From Corallococcus sp. EGB (GTDB taxonomy: Bacteria > Myxococcota > Myxococcia > Myxococcales > Myxococcaceae): a DNA stretch of 64,000 nucleotides. Positions within the stretch are counted from its first letter, which is position 1; each line of letters begins with the position of its first letter. The stretch spans positions 5,921,356 through 5,985,355 of the forward strand of contig NZ_CP079946.1 in assembly GCF_019968905.1 (NCBI RefSeq), given 5' to 3'. The notes beneath the pieces are model-generated. The model worked only from the letters and a program-made list of their open reading frames with translations. It searched no databases and was not told the DNA's origin. Positions 17,443 through 28,479 of this stretch are shown here, one piece after another. The position numbers were made by a program, and so were the translations under genes.

Positions 17443-19104
17443 CTACGGGACCGGCGCGCTCTCCATCGGAAGCACCGCGGAGGCGATCACATCCAGGCGG
17501 CCTTCCCGCAGCCACGCCGGGCCCAGCTCCGACAGCAGCCCCGCCAGCGTGACGTTCACCACCCGACGCAGCTCCTCGCGCGCAGCTTCCGGCACCGCGG
17601 GCGACAGCGCCGCCACCGCGCGCTCCGCCGCGCTCGCGCGCAGGCGGGGAGCGTCCGGAGTGCCTTCGAACAGGCGCTGGCCCAGCTCCACCGTGCGCCC
17701 CAGCGGCACGGGCCGCACGTCCACGCGCTCCTCCAGCACGGCCATGGACACGACCGCCGCCCACAGCCGCTCCACGCCCAGCACGTCCAGCGACACGCCG
17801 AAGCGCGCCATCACGGTGTGCGCCGCGTCCTCGGAGCCTCCCAGCAGCGCGGCCAGCGCCGCCACCTGCGCTTCCGCCCGCGCGAGCAGCGCTTCCGAAC
17901 CTGCCACCTCCCGCAGCGAACGGAACGGCACGGCTTCCGCGCCGGGGACGCGCAGCGCGCGCCGGGGACGCTTGCGCCTCAGGGCCTCCAGCCCGGCGGC
18001 CTCCTCCGGGAGCACCAGCGGCACGTCATCCAGCTTCATGAAGGGCCGCTTGAAGAGGCGATCCGCGCGGTACTTGAGCTGGAGCGTCAGCGTGAAGCCC
18101 ACCTGGAAGACGCGGCGCAGCGGCGTGTCCCGCAGCACCTCCGGAGCCTTCGTCGGGTCCGCGCCCGTCAGGTGCTCCAGGCCCAGCGACAGGTAGTCGC
18201 GCACCCATTCGCCCACGCGGCGCACGGCGTCCAGGTCCCCCGGGTCGCCCAGCTCCGCGACGAGCACCGCGTTGGCCACCTCGCGCAGCTCGTCCTCCGC
18301 GTTCATCCGCTCCACGTCGGACAGGTCCCGGAAGGCCGCCTCCAGGTAGTCCACGTGGCCGCCCGAGGCGGTGAGCGCGGGCGTCCCCGCCCCCGTGGGG
18401 CGCGGCGGTACATCCACGCGGCTGAAGAGGGTCAGCGCGTCCTCCAGCGAGGGGAAGCCCAGGTCCGCCAGGCGCGCGCGGCGGAACTGGAACGCGGTCT
18501 CCTCCAGCTCGGAGGGGATCTCCCAGCGCACGGCCTCGAAGAGGCGCACGGCCTCGAAGGGGTTCTCTGCGATGAGGTCGTTGAGGAGCGCGCGCATGGC
18601 GGACATCTCAATGCCCTCCGCCTTCAGCTCCACCAGGTAGCGCCCCTCCGGGGTCTCCACCGTCACGCCCTGCGGATTGACGTCCGGGTTCTCCTCCAGG
18701 TCGTGGACGACGGTGAACTCCTTGAGGAGCGTCTCCACCACCTCCAGGTCCACCGCGTGCACCTTGCGGAGGAAGTCCTCCAGCTCGTCGCCGCGCGCGG
18801 CGCGCAGCCAGGTGAGCACCGCGTGCGGATCCAGCTTGTCCTTCGTCCAGCCGCCCAGGTCCACGAAGGTGCGGAACTGCGCGGGCGACGCCAGTTGCAC
18901 GAGCTCCGTCGAGTCCGCCAGCCCCACCTCCTGGATGGTGACGTAGAGGTCCTCCGCGGGCAGCGAGCGCACCAGCGCGGCCGTGTCCTCCGCGTCGAAG
19001 AGCGCCGTCACCCGCTGGCGCGGGGTCAGGCGCATCCACCGCTGACGCTCCTCGCGAGGCGCGAGGGGCGAACCACCACCATTCGTCTTGCCGTTCTGGG
19101 ACAC
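17443..19104 (-). CDS. conserved hypothetical protein (553 aa, acidic, soluble), function unknown
   Basis: Clean ORF with protein-like composition that sits in an operon-like run between engB and the O-antigen-ligase gene. No domain recognised by eye. Confidence 0.6.
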   Translation of the reverse strand: MSQNGKTNGGGSPLAPREERQRWMRLTPRQRVTALFDAEDTAALVRSLPAEDLYVTIQEVGLADSTELVQLASPAQFRTFVDLGGWTKDKLDPHAVLTWLRAARGDELEDFLRKVHAVDLEVVETLLKEFTVVHDLEENPDVNPQGVTVETPEGRYLVELKAEGIEMSAMRALLNDLIAENPFEAVRLFEAVRWEIPSELEETAFQFRRARLADLGFPSLEDALTLFSRVDVPPRPTGAGTPALTASGGHVDYLEAAFRDLSDVERMNAEDELREVANAVLVAELGDPGDLDAVRRVGEWVRDYLSLGLEHLTGADPTKAPEVLRDTPLRRVFQVGFTLTLQLKYRADRLFKRPFMKLDDVPLVLPEEAAGLEALRRKRPRRALRVPGAEAVPFRSLREVAGSEALLARAEAQVAALAALLGGSEDAAHTVMARFGVSLDVLGVERLWAAVVSMAVLEERVDVRPVPLGRTVELGQRLFEGTPDAPRLRASAAERAVAALSPAVPEAAREELRRVVNVTLAGLLSELGPAWLREGRLDVIASAVLPMESAPVP

Positions 19105-19143
19105 GCCGGGGGTGCTACCACAGCGCGCCCGGCCCCGGCAGCC

Positions 19144-19764
19144 TCAGACGCGGGTGGCCTTGCCGAAGGTGTCCAGCAGCGTGCCCCATACCTCCTCCAC
19201 GCCCAGCTTCTCCGTGGAGGAGAACGGGAGGACCGCCTCGCGGGGCAGCTCCAGCTGCTCGGCCAGCTTGTGCAGCCGGGGCTTGCGCTGCGCCTTCGTC
19301 AGCCGGTCCACCTTGGTGGCCACGACCAGGATGCGGCGGTTGTACTCCTGCAGGTAGTCCAGCGTCTGCAGGTCCTCCGGCGAGGGACCCACCTCCGCGT
19401 CGATGATGCTCACCACCACCTCCAGCCGGTGCCGGTTCTTGAGGTAGGTGGTGATCATCTCCTGCCACTGGGCCTTGTCCGCCTTGCTCGCCTTGGCGAA
19501 GCCGTAGCCGGGCAGGTCCGCCAGGCGCACCGTGTGGCGCACGCCGTCGCGGTCCAGGTCCACGTCGAAGAAGTTGAGCGTGCGGGTGCGCCCCGGCGTG
19601 TTGGACACGCGCACCAGCTTCCGCCGGTTCGTCAGGGCGTTGATCATGGACGACTTGCCGACGTTGGAGCGGCCGACGAAGGCCACCTCCGCGGCGTGGT
19701 CCGTGGGCAGCCCCTTGAGCTCCACGGCGGTGGTGACGAAGCGGGCGTCGAGGATCTTGATCAA
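19144..19764 (-). CDS. engB: ribosome biogenesis GTP-binding protein YihA/YsxC
   Basis: IKILDARFVTTAVELKGLPTDHAAEVAFVGRSNVGKSSMINALT...DLPGYGFA...VATKVDRL are the G1-G4 motifs of EngB. The most likely start is the TTG at 19764-19762, giving MIKILD. The exact start is uncertain. Confidence 0.85.
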   Translation of the reverse strand: MIKILDARFVTTAVELKGLPTDHAAEVAFVGRSNVGKSSMINALTNRRKLVRVSNTPGRTRTLNFFDVDLDRDGVRHTVRLADLPGYGFAKASKADKAQWQEMITTYLKNRHRLEVVVSIIDAEVGPSPEDLQTLDYLQEYNRRILVVATKVDRLTKAQRKPRLHKLAEQLELPREAVLPFSSTEKLGVEEVWGTLLDTFGKATRV

Positions 19765-19775
19765 GCGGGGGTCAC

Positions 19776-20288
19776 TTACTTCTTCGCCGTGGCGGGAGCC
19801 GGCGTGGAGGGGGCCGCGTCCGCGCGGGTCTGCTGCCTGCGGGCGCGCTCGGCGGACCAGTGGTCGATGGCCTTCAGCGCTTCCTTGAAGTCGAACGGGC
19901 GCAAGGACGGCGAGGACGCGTCGTGGCACGTGCGGCACTGCTTCTCCGACGGGTCCACCAGCCCCACCAGCCGCGCCAGCTCCGGGTCCTTCATCACGTA
20001 GGACGGCGAGTAGTACTGGCCGCCGCCGTGGCACGTCTCGCAGGTGACGGCCGACAGCTGCTGCTCCGCCTGGTCCGGCGCGTGGCAGGACAGGCAGCGC
20101 GCGTCCTTCTTCTGCGTGTCCGCCAGCGTCTCCGTGGCCCGGGCGTGCTTGGACTTCATCCACGCGTCGTACGCCTCCGGGTGACACCCCTTGCAGCTGT
20201 CGGGGCCCGTGAAGTCCGCGGCGCCGGCGAGGCCGCCGCAGAGGGCGAGCAGGAGGGCGGAAAAGACCCGGAAGGCACGAGAAGACAT
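19776..20288 (-). CDS. secreted tetraheme c-type cytochrome (small multiheme, cytochrome c3/c554-like)
   Basis: MSSRAFRVFSALLLALCGG is a signal peptide. There are four CxxCH motifs in about 150 mature residues: CKGCH, CLSCH, CETCH and CRTCH. It ends 12 nt before the engB start. Confidence 0.8.
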   Translation of the reverse strand: MSSRAFRVFSALLLALCGGLAGAADFTGPDSCKGCHPEAYDAWMKSKHARATETLADTQKKDARCLSCHAPDQAEQQLSAVTCETCHGGGQYYSPSYVMKDPELARLVGLVDPSEKQCRTCHDASSPSLRPFDFKEALKAIDHWSAERARRQQTRADAAPSTPAPATAKK

Positions 20289-20423
20289 GCCTTGAGCACG
20301 TAGCAGAGGCCCCTGGAGGGGGCAAGGCGTCTCGTTCGTGATTGAATACCGGGCGGACAGGTGCGTGGCTTGAGGTAACGGACCTTGAGGCGTGCCTGCC
20401 TGATCCGCTAGGGAGGAGTCGTG

Positions 20424-20906
20424 ATGCGGACCCCCGTGATTGCCGTCCTGTTCGCCGCCGCTGTCCTTGCCGTCTCCCTGCCTGCTTCCGCCAAGCCGTG
20501 GCAGGGCATCGAGCCCGGGTCCTCCAAGAAGGAGGACGTCCTCAAGAAGTTCGGGGAGCCGTCCCGGACCATGACCCAGGATGGCAAGGAGATCCTGGCC
20601 TACTTCCAGAAGGAGGCCATCAAGGGCACCACCCAGGCCCAGTTCAAGGTGGACCCGGACACCCAGCTGGTGGAGCGCATCGACGTCTTCCCCGGGCCGG
20701 TCATCGAGAAGGACACCATCGAGAACAGCTACGGCCCCGCGTGCCCGGGCGGCGCCATGCCCGCCACGCCCTGCTACCTGCGCAAGCTGACGGACGACTT
20801 CCGCACCTACTTCCTCTACGTGAAGCTGGGCGTGGCCATCTTCTTCAACGAGGACGGCAAGACGGTGCAGTCCTTCGTCTTCACCACGCCCAAGGCCGCG
20901 AAGTAG
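20424..20906 (+). CDS. secreted hypothetical protein (about 160 aa)
   Basis: MRTPVIAVLFAAAVLAVSLPASA is a signal peptide. GGGAGGAG RBS upstream. No known domain recognised. Confidence 0.55.
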   Translation: MRTPVIAVLFAAAVLAVSLPASAKPWQGIEPGSSKKEDVLKKFGEPSRTMTQDGKEILAYFQKEAIKGTTQAQFKVDPDTQLVERIDVFPGPVIEKDTIENSYGPACPGGAMPATPCYLRKLTDDFRTYFLYVKLGVAIFFNEDGKTVQSFVFTTPKAAK

Positions 20907-20909
20907 CCC

Positions 20910-21506
20910 GTGCGAGTCTTCGGCCTGACGGGCGGCATCGCCTCCGGCAAGAGCACGGTGAGCCGGATGCTGCGGGAGCTGGGCGCGCGCGTGCTGGACG
21001 CGGACGTGCTCGCCCGGGAGGTGGTGGAGCCCGGCACCCCCGGCCTGAAGCGCATCGATGAACGCTTCCCCGGCGTGGTGGGCCCCGACGGCCGCCTGGA
21101 CCGGGTGAAGCTGGGCGCGCACATCTTCGCGGACGCCTCGGAGCGGGCCGCCCTCAACGCCATCGTGCACCCGGAGGTGCGCGCCCTCTTCCTCCAGAAG
21201 CTCCAGGCACTGGAGGCGGAGGGCGTCACCCACGCCGTCTACGACGTGCCGCTGCTCATCGAGACGGGCCTGCACACGGCGATGGAGGGCGTGGCCGTGG
21301 TGTGGGTGCCCCGGGACGTGCAGAAGGCGCGGCTGATGGCGCGCGACGGCCTCACGGAAGCTCAGGCGGAGGCGCGGCTCGCAGCGCAAATGGCGCTGGA
21401 TGACAAGCGCGCGCACGCGACGTGGGTCATCGACAACAGTGGGACGCCGGAGGCCACCCGTCCCCAGGTGGAAGCGGTGTGGCGGGCGATGCTCGCACAC
21501 GGCTGA
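20910..21506 (+). CDS. coaE: dephospho-CoA kinase
   Basis: GTG start followed by RVFGLTGGIASGKSTVSRML (P-loop)...VHPEVR...YDVPLLIE. Confidence 0.9.
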   Translation: MRVFGLTGGIASGKSTVSRMLRELGARVLDADVLAREVVEPGTPGLKRIDERFPGVVGPDGRLDRVKLGAHIFADASERAALNAIVHPEVRALFLQKLQALEAEGVTHAVYDVPLLIETGLHTAMEGVAVVWVPRDVQKARLMARDGLTEAQAEARLAAQMALDDKRAHATWVIDNSGTPEATRPQVEAVWRAMLAHG

Positions 21507-21529
21507 CGGGCGGTTATGCTGCGCCGCGA

Positions 21530-22699
21530 ATGAGCGACACGGCGACGACGCGGCAGGGCCCTGGCACCTATTTCATCACCGGCTATCCGGGCTTCATCGG
21601 CAAGCGGCTGGTGGAGCACATCGCGCGGGAGGACCCGCGGGGGCACATCTACGCGCTCGTGCAGCCCAAGGCGTTCAAGGAGGCGCAGGCACTCGCGGCG
21701 AAGGTGAAGGGCGCGCGCGTGGAGTTGCTCACCGGCGACGCGGTGGACATGCACCTGGGCCTCTCCGGCGAGGAGTACCAGCGCCTGTGCGAGCGGGTGA
21801 CGGACATCTTCCACCTGGCCGCGGTGTCGCAGCTGGGCGTGCCCAAGGAGACCGCGTGGCGGGTGAACGTGGACGGCACGCGCAACATGCTGGAGCTGGC
21901 GCGCGACTGCGAGAACCTCTCCCGCTTCAACCACTTCTCCACCTGCTACGTATCCGGCGACCGAGTGGGCGTCATCGCAGAGGACGAGCTGGACCGGGGC
22001 CAGTCCTTCCGCAACGCCTACGAAGAGACGAAGTTCCAGGCGGAGCGGCTGGTGCAGCGCGCCAGCGCCACCCTGCCCGTCACCATCTTCCGTCCGTCCA
22101 GCGTGGTGGGTGACTCGCGCACGGGCGAGATCGATCGCTTCGAGGGCCCCTACTACCTGGGCATCCTGCTCGTCACGTCTCCGCTGGTGGTGCCGCTGCC
22201 GCTGCCGGGCAACGGCGTCGCGCCGCTCAACGTCGTCCCGGTGGACTTCGTGGTGGAGGCGGTGTGGCGGCTGTCGCGCGACGCACGCGCGAAGGGGCGC
22301 ACCTTCCATCTGGTGGACCCCAACCCCATGAGCGCGCGGCGTGTGTACGAGCTCATCGCGGAGAAGGCCCACAAGCGGCTGCCGCGCTTCAACCTCTCCG
22401 CGCGCGCCGCGGACGTGATGCTGCGGCTGCCCGTGCTGGAGAAGCTGGCCCGGCCTCAGCGGGCCGCCATCAGCTACGTGAACCACCTGGCCATCTATAA
22501 TTGTCACAACACGCTGGAGCTGCTCGACGGCACCGGCGTGCGCTGCCCGCCGCTGTCGTCGTATCTGGACCAGCTCGTCGCCTACGTGCGCGAGCAGTAC
22601 AAGCAGCGCAAGGAGGGCGCGGAGGTGGAGGATCCGCTCGACCACGGTCCGCTGCACTCGCGCGACGAGGACACCGCCGCGCCCCGCTCGCGTCGCTGA
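21530..22699 (+). CDS. NAD(P)-dependent SDR-family reductase/epimerase (thioester-reductase-like domain)
   Basis: YFITGYPGFIGKRLVEHI (Rossmann GxxGxxG)...FSTCYVSG...YEETKFQAERLV (YxxxK). Confidence 0.75.
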   Translation: MSDTATTRQGPGTYFITGYPGFIGKRLVEHIAREDPRGHIYALVQPKAFKEAQALAAKVKGARVELLTGDAVDMHLGLSGEEYQRLCERVTDIFHLAAVSQLGVPKETAWRVNVDGTRNMLELARDCENLSRFNHFSTCYVSGDRVGVIAEDELDRGQSFRNAYEETKFQAERLVQRASATLPVTIFRPSSVVGDSRTGEIDRFEGPYYLGILLVTSPLVVPLPLPGNGVAPLNVVPVDFVVEAVWRLSRDARAKGRTFHLVDPNPMSARRVYELIAEKAHKRLPRFNLSARAADVMLRLPVLEKLARPQRAAISYVNHLAIYNCHNTLELLDGTGVRCPPLSSYLDQLVAYVREQYKQRKEGAEVEDPLDHGPLHSRDEDTAAPRSRR

Positions 22700-23236
22700 A
22701 CAGGGTTTCCGTCCGGACGCAAGGTGCGGCGCGGCGCTTTCGACACGCACGCGCCCGCCTGGCCGCTACGGCTTATTCCAGACTGACAATTGTTACTGGG
22801 TTGCTAACGCAAAGTTGCTGTGGCCCCCCTCTTTTCAACGAAACAGTGACCTGGTTAGCATGCGCTCCCACTGAATCCGGCGCGGTGAACACCGCCGCGT
22901 TCGGCAGAGTGGGTTGGAGCGCAGCGCTTGCCGGAAACCGTTGACAGTCACGTCGCATGTGTCGCCCCGGGTTCGGGTGTGGCGCCCGGACTGTCTGGCC
23001 TGTCGAAGCGCGCTGCCCCTGCCCTGTTCGCCTCGCGCGTCACGCCTTTCGTCGCTGAGCTCCGCGCCGTCGTCCATGCGACCTCTGGCGTTGGGCAACG
23101 TTCCCTTTCGGGCTGTTGTCCACCCACGGTCCGCCATCCGTAAGGAGAGGCCCGCCCCCCGGCGGACCTCTCCTCGTGCAGTCGTCGTCCCGCAGTCCCC
23201 TCGTCCGGCAGTACATCACCCCCAAGAAGGAAGGCG

Positions 23237-26200
23237 CATGCGTCTCAGGGAAAAGCTGTTGACCAGCCTGCTGCTGGTGCCCCTCGCGGGTACCAGTGCG
23301 TGGGCCAAGGAGCGGTCGAATTACGACGCGTTCCTGGAGCAGCGGGACTCCCGCTCTCCGGCCGTGGATTCCAACACGGCCATGTCCCGCGGGCTTCGCA
23401 TCGAGCAGACCGAGCAGCGGCTCGGCGTTCCCACGTTCGCGTGGGCGACGCAGGACGGTGCGCAGTCCAAGTCCGTCATCCGCAACGGCATGACGCCGGA
23501 GAGCGCGGCGCGTGCGCACCTGCAGGCGGTGGCGGACAGCTACCGTCTGACGAGTGACGACGTCGCGGGCGCCAGCCTGCGCTCGGTGCACAACACCGGC
23601 AAGGGCGCCATCATCGCGACCTTCAACCAGTCGGTGGGTGGCATCCCCGTCTTCCGCAATGAGATCAAGGTCGTCATGGGCCAGGACCTGCGCCTGGTGG
23701 CCGTGAGCGGCTACCTGGCTCCGTCCGAGCTGGGGCTCGCAGCGCGCAGCAAGGCGCGCGCCGGCTTCAACCTGGCCGCCGCGGACGCGGTGTCCGGTGC
23801 GTTCAAGGACCTGACGGGCTCCGGCACGCAGGCCGCCTCGTTCATCAACGCGGGCACGAAGGGTGATTACACCTTCTTCGAGCTGGCGCCTTCCGCGAAG
23901 TCCGCGCTGCCGCAGGACCTGGCCACTCCGGCCCGCGCCCGGCAGGTGTTCTTCATGCTGGCCGGCAAGCTCGAGCCGGCCTGGTACGTGGAAGTGAACG
24001 CCGGTCCCAAGGCCGCGCGCTCCAGCGAGTACTACGCCTACGTGGTCTCCGCGGCCACCGGCCAGGTGCTCTTCCGCAACAACCTGACGGCGGACGTCGG
24101 CGCTGCGTTCACGTACCAGGTCTGGGCGAGCAACCAGTCCCCGTTCCTCCCGGACGACGGTCCCCAGGGCACCGACGCGACCCCGCACCCCACGGGCAAC
24201 CGCGACGGCTACCAGGCCCCGCTGAACCGCCCGCAGCAGCAGATCAGCCTGGCCAACAGCCCCTACAGCAAGAACGACCCCTGGCTGCCGGCCAACGCCA
24301 AGCAGACCACGGGTAACAACGTGGACGCGTACGCGGACCTGTCCGCGCCGGACGGCTTCCAGCCGAACAGCGCCGACATGCGCGCGGAGACGACGAGCGA
24401 CAACACCTTCGCGTACGTCTACGACACGACCAAGGCCCCGGGCTCCAGCCCGCAGCAGATCAAGGCCTCGGTGGTGAACCTGTTCTACGTGAACAACTTC
24501 CTGCACGACTGGTACTACGACTCCGGCTTCGACGAGGCCGCGGGCAACGCCCAGTCGTTCAACTTCGGCCGCGGCGGCGTGGAGGGCGACCCCATCCAGG
24601 CCCAGGCGCAGGACTACGGCGGCCGCAACAACGCGAACATGAGCACGCCGGCCGACGGTGCGTCGCCGCGCATGCAGATGTACGTGTTCGACGGCACGCC
24701 CGTGCTGTCCGTGACGGCGCCGCAGTCCCTGGCCGGGGTCTACGAGGCCACCTCCGCGAGCTTCGGTAAGCAGGCCTATGATACGACGGGAGACATCAAG
24801 AGTGCTCCCGCCGCCAACATCCTGGGCTGCAGCGCGTTCGACCCTGGTTACTTCACCGGGAAGATCGCCCTCATCGACCGCGGCACGTGCGACTTCAACG
24901 TCAAGGCGGACAACGCCCAGAAGGCGGGCGCGATCGCCACGGTCATCGTCAACAATACCTCGGGCAGCCCCCTCGCGATGGGCGGCACGAACGCGGCGGT
25001 CACCACCCCGGCCCTGATGATCACCCAGGACTCGGGCGCGGCGTGGAGGGCGGCGCTCGCCACCCAGACGCTGACCGTGAAGTTCCTGCGCGAGCCGAAC
25101 CAGGATCGCGACGGCACGCTCGACAACGGCATCATTGCGCACGAGTGGGGTCACTACATCAGCAACCGCCTCATCGGTAACTCCGCGGGCCTGACCAACA
25201 ACCAGGGCCGCTCGATGGGCGAGGGCTGGGGCGACTTCCACGCGATGCTGCTCCAGGTTCGCGCGGAGGACCAGGCCAAGCCGGGCAACGGCAACTGGCA
25301 GGGCGTCTACAGCACCGCGGGCTACGTCACCAGCGGTGGCAAGAACCAGGGCTACTACTACGGCATCCGTCGCTTCCCCTACACGACGGACATGAGCAAG
25401 AACGGCTACACGTTCAAGCACATCCAGAACTACACCGCCCTGCCGCTGGAGCTCGCCACGGCGAGCAACACCAACAACGCCGAGGTCCACAACAGCGGTG
25501 AGGTGTGGGCCACGACGCTGTGGGAGTGCTACGCCAACCTGCTGAACGCGCACCCGTTCTCCGAGGCGCAGGACCGCATGAAGCGGTACCTCATCGCGGC
25601 CTACAAGGCGACGCCGAACGCTCCTACCTACACGGAGGCGCGCGACGCGCTGCTGGCCGTCACGCTGGCTGCGGATCCCGCGGACTACCAGCGCTTCGTC
25701 GCGGCCTTCGCCAAGCGCGGCATGGGCTTTGGAGCCAAGTCGCCGGACCGCAACACGTTCGACCACATCGGCGTGACGGAGAGCTTCGCGGCGGGCGGCA
25801 ACCTGGAGGTCACCAGCATCGCGCTGACCGACACCCAGGGCGGCTGCGACCAGGACGGCATCCTGGACATCGGCGAGCAGGGTGAGCTGAAGATCACCGT
25901 GCGCAACGTGGGCGGCACCGGGCTGAGCGCCTTCACGGGCACTGTCAGCACCACCAGCACCACGGCCACCCTGCAGTTCCCCGCGGGGACCATCGTCTCC
26001 GTGCCGGCCCTGTCGCGCGGCGCCGAGGCCACCGTCACCCTGCCGGTCAACCTCACCGCGACGTCCAATGCGGTGGCGACCGCGGGCCTGAAGGTCGTCT
26101 TCGACTCCAACGAGATCCCCACGTCGGCGAAGACGGTGACGTTCGATCCTCGCGTCAACTACGACAACGTCCCGGTGGCCTCCAACACGGAGACCTTCGA

Positions 26201-28355
26201 AGCCGGCCTGTCGAGCTGGACCAATTCACGGGCGCTCTCGTCCTCGGGTGACTTCACGCTGGAGGGCACGACCGCCAACCGCTACGCGCACGCCAAGGAC
26301 CCGGGCACCGCGACGGCTCTCTCCCTCACCAGCCCCTGGATCAAGGTCGATCCGTCGACCAACTTCGTCTTCAGCTTTAGCGAACGTCACTCCTTCGAGT
26401 TCGACTCCAATCCCGCCTACTACGACGGCGCGGTGGTGGAGTTCACCGTCGACGGCGTGGAGTGGCTGGATCCCTACGAGTATTTCCGCCTGAACCCGGG
26501 CTACAGCGCCTTCCTCGAAGTGGGTGGTGCGAACCCGCTCGAGGACCGCGCCGCGCTGGCGGGGGTGAGCACGGGCTTCCCGGCCTTCCGCACGGTGACC
26601 GTAAACTTCGGCAAGATCTTCGCGGACAGCCAGATCTCGAACGTCCGTTTCCGCTTCGTCGTGGGCGCTGACGTGGGTGTCGGCGGCTACGGCATCGACA
26701 TCGACAACGTGAAGTTCCAGGGTGGCTCGCCCGTGTTCCAGGCCCAGGCGGAGCAGCCGGCCTCCACGGGCACATGCAACCTGCGCCCGGTGGCCAACCC
26801 GGGTCCGTCGATCACCGTCGCCGAAGGCAAGCTCGTCAACGGCATCCTCCAGCGTACGACCGTCACCCTCAACGGCACCGGCAGCTTCGATCCGGACGCC
26901 GCCCCCGGTGACACGCTCACCTACAACTGGACGCAGACGGGTGGTTACACGCCGGTGACGCTGACGGGCGCGAACACCGCGACGCCCAGCTTCGTCGCGA
27001 ACGTGGACTACGACGACGTCCTCGCCTTCCAGCTCGTCGTCACTGACGCGTCCGGCAAGGCGAGCCTCCCGAAGACGGTGGAGATCGGCATCGCCAACGT
27101 GAACCAGCCCCCGGTCGCTGACGCTTCGGCTCCGGAGACGGTGAACGAGGGCGCGACGGTGGTCCTCGACGCGTCGGCTTCCACGGATCCGGATCCGATC
27201 GACCAGGACGACCTGGAGTTCGCCTGGAAGCAGACGGGTGGCCCGGCCGTGGTGCTGACGGGCGCTGACTCCGCCACGGCCACGTTCACCGCTCCGGAAG
27301 TGGAGGCGAATACGCAGCTGACCTTCACGGTCACCGTGACCGACTACGACGGCGCCTCGAGTTCCAAGGCCGTCGCCGTGACGGTGAACAACGTGGACCG
27401 CGCTCCGGTGGCCAACGCTGGCGCGGACATCGAGGCGGATGCACGCTCCACGGTGACGCTGTCCGGCTCCGGCTCGGATCCGGATGGCACGCCCGTCACC
27501 TACGAGTGGGCGCAGACCTCCGGTCCGGCGGTGACGCTGTCCGGTGCGGACACGGCGACGGCGACCTTCACGGCGCCGGACGTCAACACCCCCACCGAGC
27601 TCACCTTCAAGCTCACCGTGTCCTCGGGCGGCCAGACGGCGTCCGACCTGGTCAACGTGACGGTGCGCAAGTCCAACCGCCACCCGGTGGGCCAGGCTCC
27701 GGCCTCCATCGACGCGAACGAGGGCACCAACGTGGTGCTGGACGCTTCCGGCATCACGGATCCGGACGGTGACGCGCTCACCTACGTCTGGGCCCAGGTC
27801 GGTGGCCCCACGGTGCAGACCACGGGCGCGGGCACGGCCCAGCTGGCCTTCACCGCGCCGCAGGTCCAGGCCGACACGGCCGTGGCCTTCAGCCTCACCG
27901 TGACGGACTCCGACGGCGCCACCTCCGGCCCGTTCGTCTACACGGTCAACGTGAAGCAGGTGAACCAGGGCCCTGTCGCCAAGGCCCGCGTCATCTCCGG
28001 CATCCGCGGCGGTGAGCTGGTGAAGCTCGACGCCTCCACGTCCACGGATCCGGACAACGAGCCGCTGACCTACACCTGGGCGCAGACGGGTGGCCCGTCC
28101 GTGACGCTGTCCGGCACCAACTCCGCCGAGGCCAGCTTCACCCCGCCGGCGAAGAAGACGCTGGAGACCTACGCCTTCACCGTCACGGTGAAGGACGCGG
28201 GCGGTCTCTCCAGCACCGCCGAGGTGAAGGTCTCCGTGCCGAAGGCCGACGACGACGGCGGCGGCTGCTCCTCCACGGGCGGCTCCGCTGGCGGCATGGC
28301 GCCGCTGATGGCGCTGTTCGCGGCGATGGCGCTCGCGCGCCGTCGCAAGGCGTAG
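23237..28355 (+). CDS. secreted M36 (fungalysin)-like zinc metalloprotease with an FTP propeptide, a PA domain, five PKD-like about 97-aa repeats and a MYXO-CTERM anchor
   Basis: The ATG at 23237 has an AAGGAAGG RBS and the signal peptide MRLREKLLTSLLLVPLAGTSAWA. AHEWGHYISNRLIG is the M36-type HExxH...SNRL motif. GKIALIDRGTCDFNVKADNAQKAGAIATVIVNN is the PA domain. Repeats of the pattern PVA.AG.D......TV.LDGS.S.DPD...LTY.W.QT.GP.V.L.G are PKD-like. The C-terminal DDGGGCSSTGGSAGGMAPLMALFAAMALARRRKA is the MYXO-CTERM motif. Confidence 0.85.
26780..28250 (+). repeat. five tandem repeats with a period of about 290-300 nt, encoding the PKD-like domains of the metalloprotease
   Basis: Recurrent nucleotide and protein motifs begin near 26791, 27109, 27400, 27690 and 27970. 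Confidence 0.8.
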
Positions 28356-28479
28356 GCCTGGACGCTTCGTCCTGAAGTCCTGAAGTGACGGGGGCGGTCC
28401 TCACGCAAGGTGGGGGCCGCCCCTTCTTCGTTTCCGGCGGGACGTCCAGGCCCGCGGATGCGGTAGGCTCGCGCGCCTC

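Noticed and set aside
16961-20001. 982-aa plus-strand ORF antisense to the ligase / 553-aa / engB / cytochrome genes
   Set aside because: It is compositionally non-protein-like (R/Q/H/G-rich). The sense-strand genes include the unmistakable EngB and a CxxCH cytochrome
22700-23236. AT-richer intergenic region upstream of the protease with short palindromes (for example ACAATTGT at about 22786-22793), considered as a tRNA/ncRNA or mobile-element end
   Set aside because: No cloverleaf-compatible tRNA structure or inverted-repeat pair could be identified by eye. It is most simply a promoter/5'UTR region for the protease gene
23040-25766. 908-aa minus-strand ORF antisense to the metalloprotease gene
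   Set aside because: Antisense GC artefact. The plus strand has an HExxH protease with a signal peptide and sorting tag
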